From a candidate division WOR-3 bacterium (GTDB taxonomy: Bacteria > Hydrothermota > UBA3072 > B12-G15), in NCBI GenBank assembly GCA_965649055.1, contig CBFGJG010000049.1, positions 1 to 13,150 of the forward strand: 13,150 nucleotides of DNA, written 5' to 3'. This document shows positions 6,308 through 13,150 of this stretch, one piece after another. Every line of letters begins with the position of its first letter. Position 1 is the first letter of the stretch. A program made the translations under genes and the position numbers. The notes beneath the pieces were generated by a model, which was not told where the DNA came from, made no database searches, and was given only the letters and a program-made list of their open reading frames with translations.

Positions 6308-8023
6308 TTAATTTTTTTCAATATTTTTCTCCTGAAGGAACCTTTTTACTATTTTTACTGCAACAGGTGCGGCAACTGTTGAACCATGACCTGCATTCTC
6401 AACCACGACAAAAACAACGATTTCAGGGTCATTAACAGGTGCAAAGCATACAAATAAAGAATGGTCTTCCCCATGTGGATTTTGTGCTGTTCCGGTTTTC
6501 CCACCTATTTCAATATCTTTTATCCTTACCCAATAAGCAGTTCCTGTTGAATCTTCAAGAACCCCTTTTGTTGCATCTCTAAGAAAATTTACAATGTTTG
6601 TGTCTATATCTATCTTTTCGTATTCAGGTTTATTTCTGAAAACGATATTTCCTTTGCCGTCTTTTATCTCCTTAACTAAATATGGCTTATAAAAATAACC
6701 GCCATTAAAAAGACCTGAGAAAAATCTTACGATCTGTAGAGGTGTTATCAGGATTTCTCCTTGACCAATGGCAAAATTTGCAGCGACACCTTTACCCCAA
6801 CCGTATCTGCCAAAATATTTATTATACCAGTTTTCGTCAGGAATAAGACCTGACTTCTCATCAAATACATCTATACCTGTTTTTCTGCCAAATCCAAATT
6901 CCTTTGCCTCTTCAGATAATTTCTTTAAACCTATCTTCATTCCAAGTTGATAGAAATATACATCACAGGACCTTATTATAGCATATTTTAAATCAAGAAT
7001 ACCATGTGAACTCCAGCATCGCATGTATTTATTCCCAATATAAATCCCACCATTACAAGGAGAAAATCTTGTGTTTGGACTAACTAATCCATTTTTTAAT
7101 CCTGCAAGTGCAGTGAATATTTTGAAAATAGAACCAGGAGGATACTGTCCTTGAAGAACACGATCAAAAAGAGGTTTATCAGGTGATTCAATAAGCTCCT
7201 TCCATACAGAGTCCGAACCTTCGTAAACAATCTGGTTAACAGGGAAACCTGGTTTTGAGTAATATATTAGTATTTCACCGTTTTTGGGGTTCATTGCGCA
7301 GACAGCAGCCCTTCTAAATGGTTTTAATAGTGAGTCAGCAAAGAGTGTAAGTTTTATATCTATTGTGAGTGTTGTTTCATTGCCATTCAAAGGTTCAATA
7401 TCTTTAAGTTCCTTCAGTTTTCCGATTTTTTTACCATGGGCATCCGTAATAATATATTCAACACCATCCTTACCTCTTAAGTAATCATCATAAAATTTTT
7501 CAATACCTTTTTTCCCTATTATATCACCAGTGGATAGATTATAGTTATTCTTCATTTCTTCATCTGAAACTTCTCCTACATAACCTATAATATGAGATGT
7601 AATCTCATTATAAATATAAAATCTTTTTGGTTCTATTTTAACATTTATACCACTGAATTCTTCAATATGTTCAAGAAGATAGGATGCTTTATCATATTCT
7701 ATGTTGTCTATCTTAACAAGAACATATCCTTTTTTATATTTTTTCTTTATTGTTGATTCCCTTCCTATAATATCAATGAGTTTTTTTTTATCCTTCTCCT
7801 GAAATTGAGCTGGATAAATATAAAGGTTATAAGATGGATAAGAAACCGATAATATATTACCATTTCTGTCAGTTATTATTCCCCTTGTTGCAAGAATTTT
7901 TTCTCCTCTAAGTATGTTTTTTAATGCTATTTCTTTATATTTATGTCTGTTTATTATCTGAATATATATCAGAGTGATTAAGATAATAAAAGAGAAGGTG
8001 TAGAGTATAACTTTATGTCTCAT
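6308..8023 (-). CDS. mrdA: Penicillin-binding protein 2 (class B transpeptidase)
   Basis: N-terminal TM helix, 'RGIITDRNG', 'GKKGIEK', SxxK 'PGSIFK', 'SCDVYFY' and KTG 'GKTGTAQ'. Follows mreBCD. Confidence 0.95.
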   Translation of the reverse strand: MRHKVILYTFSFIILITLIYIQIINRHKYKEIALKNILRGEKILATRGIITDRNGNILSVSYPSYNLYIYPAQFQEKDKKKLIDIIGRESTIKKKYKKGYVLVKIDNIEYDKASYLLEHIEEFSGINVKIEPKRFYIYNEITSHIIGYVGEVSDEEMKNNYNLSTGDIIGKKGIEKFYDDYLRGKDGVEYIITDAHGKKIGKLKELKDIEPLNGNETTLTIDIKLTLFADSLLKPFRRAAVCAMNPKNGEILIYYSKPGFPVNQIVYEGSDSVWKELIESPDKPLFDRVLQGQYPPGSIFKIFTALAGLKNGLVSPNTRFSPCNGGIYIGNKYMRCWSSHGILDLKYAIIRSCDVYFYQLGMKIGLKKLSEEAKEFGFGRKTGIDVFDEKSGLIPDENWYNKYFGRYGWGKGVAANFAIGQGEILITPLQIVRFFSGLFNGGYFYKPYLVKEIKDGKGNIVFRNKPEYEKIDIDTNIVNFLRDATKGVLEDSTGTAYWVRIKDIEIGGKTGTAQNPHGEDHSLFVCFAPVNDPEIVVFVVVENAGHGSTVAAPVAVKIVKRFLQEKNIEKN

Positions 8024-8477
8024 ATTTCTTTTTATAATAAATTAGAAAAATAAGACCGATTAATGTATTATAAACTGAACCTAAGAATAATGACTGGATA
8101 ATAAAATGAAGAAGATTTTTAAATGTAATATTATATGGAAATTCAACGATAAATCTTACAAAGAAAGAGGTTAAAAATATGAAAATCATCGCAGAAATAT
8201 TAGACCAGTAAATTTTATTTTTTGTCAGGATAATGAAGTAAGATAAGGTTGTGAAAGCGAAAATGTGAATACCGTATCTTGCAGGTGCAAATATATCATA
8301 AAGTAAACCTGAAAAGAAAGAAATAACAAGTGATAAGAATGGATTAAAATAGAATGATAGAAAATAAATCGAGTTTATTATAAAAAATGGTCTTGCACCG
8401 AATATAGTAAGTTTTGATGAAAAAGAAATATCTAATAAGGGGGATAAAACAATTGAGATTATAATAATTTTCTTCAT
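8013..8477 (-). CDS. mreD: Rod shape-determining protein MreD
   Basis: 154-aa polytopic membrane protein with 'FFSGLLYDIF...YGIHIFA', located between mreC and mrdA. Confidence 0.85.
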   Translation of the reverse strand: MKKIIIISIVLSPLLDISFSSKLTIFGARPFFIINSIYFLSFYFNPFLSLVISFFSGLLYDIFAPARYGIHIFAFTTLSYFIILTKNKIYWSNISAMIFIFLTSFFVRFIVEFPYNITFKNLLHFIIQSLFLGSVYNTLIGLIFLIYYKKKYET

Positions 8478-9229
8478 TGCTTCAATATTACAAAAACCTG
8501 GTCATAAAACTTTATTTCTTCAAATGTTCTAACATATATTTTTGCTTCATATTCTTTCATTGAGCGTTTTACCTGTTTTACAATTCCCACATTTATACCT
8601 TTAGGATAGATCCCACCCATTCCAGATGTAATAATTGTATCTCCTACCTCAAAATCTTCGTTAATTGAAACGCCATCAATAATGAATTCACCATTCCATC
8701 TTAGTATGCCATGGACACCGGTTCTTAAATTCATAACAGAGACGAAGCTATTAGAATGTCTTATGCTTTGAACCGTTATAAAGTCTTTCGAAATACTTTT
8801 TGTCTTACCGATAAGCCCATCATATCCTATTACTGGTAAATTCTCCAAAATTATGTTATATGTTTTTCTCTGACAAAGATATATTCTGTTTCCACCTTCT
8901 TCATAATAGGTTATAACCTGCAATGGTTCAACAAAAATTTTCTTATCTATTGTGAACTGTAGAATTTTTTTTAGTTCCATATTTTCTAATTTATAAAATT
9001 TTAATCTACTTATTTCTGTATTTGCAAGGGTCAGTTTTCTTTTCAGATCTTCATTTTCTTCTTTCATTTTAAGATAATCATTTATATCGTTAGCAATAAC
9101 CCTGTAAGGAAGGATAAACCATCCAGAAATATTCTGGAGTATTGTTATCCTTTTCGACCTTTCTAAAAAAAAAGGTAGAAAAGAAAAAAGAATAAGAAAA
9201 AGATAAAGTAAAGTAACACTTCTTCTCAT
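8474..9229 (-). CDS. mreC: Rod shape-determining protein MreC
   Basis: N-terminal TM, coiled coil 'KEENEDLK...LENMELKKIL', 'GLIGK' and 'GDTIITSGMGGIYPKGINVG'. TAATG coupling to mreB. Confidence 0.93.
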   Translation of the reverse strand: MRRSVTLLYLFLILFSFLPFFLERSKRITILQNISGWFILPYRVIANDINDYLKMKEENEDLKRKLTLANTEISRLKFYKLENMELKKILQFTIDKKIFVEPLQVITYYEEGGNRIYLCQRKTYNIILENLPVIGYDGLIGKTKSISKDFITVQSIRHSNSFVSVMNLRTGVHGILRWNGEFIIDGVSINEDFEVGDTIITSGMGGIYPKGINVGIVKQVKRSMKEYEAKIYVRTFEEIKFYDQVFVILKQ

Positions 9230-10269
9230 TATCTTGAGGGTGCTTTAATAAGGAGTGGATAAAATTCTTCCATATTATCAAGTATTTTTCCAGCACCTCT
9301 TGCTACACATTCAAGAGGATTATCAGCCGGTTTTACAAGAAGGTTTGTCTCTTCAGAAATCAACCTGTCTATCCCTCTTAAGAGTGCACCTCCACCAGTC
9401 ATAATTATTCCTTTATCAACAATATCTGAAGAGATTTCAGGTGGTGTTTTTTCAAGTGCTGCTTTAACAGCACTGACAATCATAGAGAGGGGTTCCTGAA
9501 TAGCCTCTCTAACCTCATTTGAATGTATTTTTATACTTTTTGGTATTCCATTAACAAGGTCATTTCCCCTTACTTCATAAGTCCTTTCCTCATCAAGGGG
9601 AAATGCTGAACCTATCTTTATCTTTATATCTTCTGCTGTTGATTCACCAATTAGTAGATTATATTTCTTCTTTAAATAATTGATTATTGCTTCATCTATC
9701 TCATCTCCACCCACCCTTATTGATACATTTGCTACGATACCTGATAAGGCTATTATTGCTATCTCTGTTGTCCCACCACCTATATCAATAATCATATTAC
9801 CTGAAGGTGTTGTAACAGGTAGATTCACACCAACTGCAGCTGCTACTGGTTCAGCTACAAGAAAAACTTCTCTTGCACCTGCATGTTCAGCTGAATCCCT
9901 TACTGCCCTTGATTCAACAGCAGTTATACCTGATGGAACAGCAACTATCATTCTTGGTCTTACCAAGATTCTTCTTTGTAATATCCTTTCTATAAAACCC
10001 CTTAGCATTACTTCAACCATCTCAAAATCTGCAATAACACCATCTTTCATAGGTCTTACTGCGTATATCTCTGTAGGTGTTCTGCCAAGCATTTTTTTTG
10101 CTTCATTCCCTACAGCAATACATTTTCCCGTTTTCTTTTCAACTGCCACAACTGATGGTTCATTTAAGACAATTCCCTTTTCCGATACATATATAAGTGT
10201 ATTTGCAGTCCCTAAATCTATAGCCAAATCAGACGATATAAACCGAGAGAAATTAAGCTTAAATCTCAT
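9229..10269 (-). CDS. mreB: Rod shape-determining protein MreB
   Basis: Motifs 'AIDLGTANT', 'NEPSVVA', 'RPMKDGVIADF', 'DIGGGTTE' and 'TGGGALL'. SD GGAGG at 10278-10274. Confidence 0.98.
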   Translation of the reverse strand: MRFKLNFSRFISSDLAIDLGTANTLIYVSEKGIVLNEPSVVAVEKKTGKCIAVGNEAKKMLGRTPTEIYAVRPMKDGVIADFEMVEVMLRGFIERILQRRILVRPRMIVAVPSGITAVESRAVRDSAEHAGAREVFLVAEPVAAAVGVNLPVTTPSGNMIIDIGGGTTEIAIIALSGIVANVSIRVGGDEIDEAIINYLKKKYNLLIGESTAEDIKIKIGSAFPLDEERTYEVRGNDLVNGIPKSIKIHSNEVREAIQEPLSMIVSAVKAALEKTPPEISSDIVDKGIIMTGGGALLRGIDRLISEETNLLVKPADNPLECVARGAGKILDNMEEFYPLLIKAPSR

Positions 10270-10304
10270 CTATCCTCCGTATGTTGATTTTTGTATTTTT
10301 ATAC

Positions 10305-11936
10305 CTACTTCTGGAGTATAACGAATTCCACCCTTCTATTCTTTGCACGACCTTCTTTTGTATTGTTTGAAGCAATTGGTTTCTTTTCACCATAACCTTT
10401 TGCTATCAGTCTATTAGGTTCTATACCATGATTTTTTACAAGGTATTCTTTTACTGCTTCAGCCCTTTCCTGTGAAAGCTTTAGATTCTTTGCATCATCT
10501 CCCTGAGAATCAGTATGTCCTTGAACTTCTATCAGTAAAGTTGGATTGCTCTCTATAGCCATTTTTATTGATTTTGCCATCTCATCAAGGTTTGCAAAGT
10601 ATTCGGGTTTAATAGTTGCCTTCCCAATATCAAATTCAATATTTGATAGGACAAGTTTAAATTCTTTTTTAACAAGCCCAATATCAAGTTTTGTTAATTG
10701 TTTTCTGATAATCTTTGTTTTTCCAAACCAGTCATAATACATTTTCTCTTTTGGCTTTACTTCTACATTGTAATCACCCTGTTTTAGAACAACTGATTTT
10801 TCACCTGTTATTTCTTCCTGTAATACAATATTCCCTTCTTTATCTTTTATGGTTACAAGACCTGAAGAAGGCTTTCCTGTTTGAAGGTCAAAGGATTTTA
10901 TGATTAGTTGACCTTCTGTAACATAAGTTTCAAGGGTTATTGTTTTTTCCATTGAAGGTCCTGAAAGGACTATCTTTTCATTGTATTCCTCAAAATTGTC
11001 AGATTTTATGTTTATTAATACGGGTCCTGTAAATTCTGTCTTTAATTTTCTTTCCCCAATAATATTCTCTGATAGAATAAGGTTTCCATTTTCATCTGTT
11101 ATTGTCACATAAGCAGTAGCAGGATTGCCTTTTTCATCCAATAATTTTAATATATAATTATTGTATTTCTTTGTTTCAAATTTTTGATTATATGAAATAC
11201 CAAATGCGAACCTTGGATTCCATGTTCTTACAAAATCTATAAAATGTTCAAGTTTTACCATTGCAATACCTATATCAACAGGAAATACAGGCAAATGATA
11301 GATTAATCCAACATTGAAATCTCTGCCATCAAATTCAAAACCTGTTTCCAGCATATCAAAATATTTATAATAATATGAGAAAAATATACCGAAATCAAAA
11401 TTTCCCAGTGTATCTGGTAATTGTATATGAAAAAGTTTACTTCTTGGTCCATATCCTATAAATCTTCCCCTTCCAAGCCCTAAGTTTAAATAACCTAAAT
11501 TCAATATCTTTGATGTGAATGCAAGGTATACTGAACCAAGTTCAGCAGGTTTTCTTCCATATGCAAAATCATCGTCCCACATTCCTGTTGAATCTGTTCC
11601 ATCCCCGACAGGGGATACATTCTTTTTGTATGTTATATCATCAATCCCTAATGTGAAGTAGAAATTTTCAAGCCTTACAAATGCATATTTTGCATGGAGT
11701 GAGTAATTTTTCAATGTATAACAGGATAAAGCGAGCTCAAGCCCTGGAATGAATGAATATTTTAGATTAAGATAGTCAAAGTCTACACTGTGTGATTCTA
11801 AATCACCACCTGGAATTGCAACAGAACCATTAAAAGTAATGTTCAATGTGTTTGGATTCAAAGTGAATGCAGTAGGTGCATCAATAAAGCCTGTTGTTCT
11901 GTTAAATTCCGCTATAATTAAGAACATAAAAAACAT
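10305..11936 (-). CDS. OmpA-domain envelope protein: N-terminal putative beta-barrel, two Ig-like repeats, C-terminal OmpA-like peptidoglycan-binding domain
   Basis: C-terminal '[11 protein letters not shown]', '[11 protein letters not shown]', '[16 protein letters not shown]', '[11 protein letters not shown]' and '[10 protein letters not shown]'. SD AGGAGGT at 11947-11941. The OmpA domain is firm; the N-terminal fold is inferred. Confidence 0.88.
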   Translation of the reverse strand: MFFMFLIIAEFNRTTGFIDAPTAFTLNPNTLNITFNGSVAIPGGDLESHSVDFDYLNLKYSFIPGLELALSCYTLKNYSLHAKYAFVRLENFYFTLGIDDITYKKNVSPVGDGTDSTGMWDDDFAYGRKPAELGSVYLAFTSKILNLGYLNLGLGRGRFIGYGPRSKLFHIQLPDTLGNFDFGIFFSYYYKYFDMLETGFEFDGRDFNVGLIYHLPVFPVDIGIAMVKLEHFIDFVRTWNPRFAFGISYNQKFETKKYNNYILKLLDEKGNPATAYVTITDENGNLILSENIIGERKLKTEFTGPVLINIKSDNFEEYNEKIVLSGPSMEKTITLETYVTEGQLIIKSFDLQTGKPSSGLVTIKDKEGNIVLQEEITGEKSVVLKQGDYNVEVKPKEKMYYDWFGKTKIIRKQLTKLDIGLVKKEFKLVLSNIEFDIGKATIKPEYFANLDEMAKSIKMAIESNPTLLIEVQGHTDSQGDDAKNLKLSQERAEAVKEYLVKNHGIEPNRLIAKGYGEKKPIASNNTKEGRAKNRRVEFVILQK

Positions 11937-11945
11937 ATTTACCTC

Positions 11946-12782
11946 CTATTTTAGTTTTTTACCCAGCGCATTCTTTCTGCCTGGGGTATTATCAAATACT
12001 TCAATTACATAGAATAGTAGACCAATAAAATCTTTATCAAATTTTCCATGGAAATAACTATGGATAAGATTTGTATATCTAACGCAATCTTTTTCATAGT
12101 CGTCTGCCATTTTATCATCTGGATGAATAACCCTTGCTATTGTCCTTATTTCATAACTCGGGATATCAAGGAAGACAATTGTTGCAATTGGGTTTGAAAT
12201 CAGGTTGAGGAAGGTGTGGGTTTCAAAGTCTTTTGTTGTGTAAAGTTCAAGGGAAGACTGGATTTTTTTGTTCAGTTTTTCGGGTTCGTTGTATATCTTC
12301 TTTAAGAATTCAAGTTTTACATCCATATTAGCTTCGTAAGTGTCTTCCATATATTTTATCATATCTTTAATGTATTCCTTCTTCGGAACAAATCCAATAC
12401 CTTTTACAGCATTATTCAACGAGAATAAAGAGTCTTTTCTTCTTTCTCCATAGCTTGCTACCATACCTGAATGTGGACCTGCAAAATCAGGAGGAATTCC
12501 TTTTTTTATGTTATCAAGTGTCTCGAGCCTTCTTTTTATATTCCATTCCATAAATTCTTTTGGTAGTTCAATAATACTATATTCACGCCATTTTCCATCA
12601 ATCCTTGCTCTTATTATGTCTTTTTCAATGTTAGATGTATCTATTGTTTTCTGTTTAAAAGAGTTATCAAACCAGAAATTTCTTTTAAAAGAATGTTCAA
12701 GTTCTCCACCAAATAACTTGCTGAACATTCCTGTGAGCAAATATGCACCTGAAATCTTTAAGAAATCCCTTCTATTTATCAT
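11946..12782 (-). CDS. Twin-arginine-signal protein, putative FMN-binding split-barrel (pyridoxamine 5'-phosphate oxidase-like)
   Basis: ATG12782 gives 'MINRRDFLKISGAYLLTGMF', a Tat consensus, and overlaps the tatA end by 11 nt. The track's longer Lys-rich start lies within tatA. C-terminal 'HTFLNLISNPIATIVF...SYEIR...VIEVFDN' resembles PNPOx-like proteins. Confidence 0.7.
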   Translation of the reverse strand: MINRRDFLKISGAYLLTGMFSKLFGGELEHSFKRNFWFDNSFKQKTIDTSNIEKDIIRARIDGKWREYSIIELPKEFMEWNIKRRLETLDNIKKGIPPDFAGPHSGMVASYGERRKDSLFSLNNAVKGIGFVPKKEYIKDMIKYMEDTYEANMDVKLEFLKKIYNEPEKLNKKIQSSLELYTTKDFETHTFLNLISNPIATIVFLDIPSYEIRTIARVIHPDDKMADDYEKDCVRYTNLIHSYFHGKFDKDFIGLLFYVIEVFDNTPGRKNALGKKLK

Positions 12783-12972
12783 CTTTATCGGTCTTTTCTT
12801 CTTTCTTTTCTTTATTATTGTTTTCTTCTTCAACACCCTTTAATGCATCCTTGAATTCCTTAAGCCCTTTTCCGAGGGACTTACCAATCTCAGGCAATCT
12901 CTTCGCCCCAAAAAGAAGCAGTATCAAGAATAGTATTATTATTATTTCTGGCCAGCCTAATGTTCCAAACAT
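12772..12972 (-). CDS. tatA: Twin-arginine translocase subunit TatA/E
   Basis: 'LGWPEIIIILFLILLLFGAKRLPEIGKSLGKGLKEFK' followed by a charged tail. Confidence 0.96.
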   Translation of the reverse strand: MFGTLGWPEIIIILFLILLLFGAKRLPEIGKSLGKGLKEFKDALKGVEEENNNKEKKEEKTDKDDK

Positions 12973-12978
12973 ATTAAT

Positions 12979-13007
12979 TTTATAAAAGAAATTATTATTG
13001 TTGTCAA
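12979..13007 (-). promoter_or_regulatory. Sigma70-type promoter for tatA and the downstream operon
   Basis: On the - strand, TTGACA (13007-13002)-17 nt-TATAAA (12984-12979), ending 6 nt before ATG12972. Confidence 0.65.
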
Positions 13008-13089
13008 GTGTTTTTTATCTTTTGACTGGAAAAGATCATGCACATGGTGGTACAGTTAAGATAGTGAAGATAGGGGTTATGAATGAAGA

Positions 13090-13117
13090 GAGGATTGCCC
13101 TGGGGAGGGCAATCCTC
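13090..13117. other. Perfect 12-bp GC-rich hairpin (terminator-like or regulatory)
   Basis: GAGGATTGCCCT-GGGG-AGGGCAATCCTC. There is only a weak pyrimidine tail (TCTTC) on the - strand and no U-tract on the + strand. Confidence 0.55.
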
Positions 13118-13150
13118 AAAGGAGTTGCAAAAACCAATTTTAGAGTTAAT

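Noticed and set aside
6768..10903. Alternative ORFs 6768-6950, 7284-7484, 9090-9296, 9680-10321, 10546-10737 and 10715-10903
   Set aside because: They overlap well-supported mrdA, mreC, mreB or OmpA genes. The 213-aa one is the typical codon-mirror antisense frame of a conserved gene.
12508..12985. + strand ORFs 12508-12843 and 12743-12985, and the Lys-rich extension 12783-12836 of the Tat substrate
   Set aside because: They are antisense or alternate-frame readings of the A-rich tatA tail. ATG12782 places the RR motif at the expected N-terminal position.
13124..13150. GTTGCAAAAACC... as the start of a CRISPR repeat
   Set aside because: It is a single truncated occurrence with no second copy in the window, so it cannot be supported.

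Overview
AT-rich, gene-dense bacterial chromosomal window, mostly housekeeping genes; an OmpA-domain protein suggests a diderm. Left end (+): the 3' part of a class I SAM methyltransferase and a DUF4846-like protein, converging on an EamA/DMT transporter (-). A 268-bp divergent intergenic region holds a 167-bp element bounded by perfect 24-bp inverted repeats (REPIN/MITE-like, no transposase, no target duplication). Next comes a + operon, nnr-fba-mazG. It converges on a long - strand operon: tatA, a Tat-signal putative flavoprotein, an OmpA-domain protein, mreB-mreC-mreD-mrdA, a dCMP deaminase and acpS. The most notable observations are: (1) the inverted-repeat element; (2) mazG has no ATG/GTG/TTG upstream of its conserved N-terminal motif, so it needs a CTG start or a -1 frameshift from fba at G_GGA_AAC; (3) the three operon-leading genes look leaderless; (4) a lone tatA is coupled to an uncharacterised Tat substrate. 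All family assignments come from motif recognition, not database searches.
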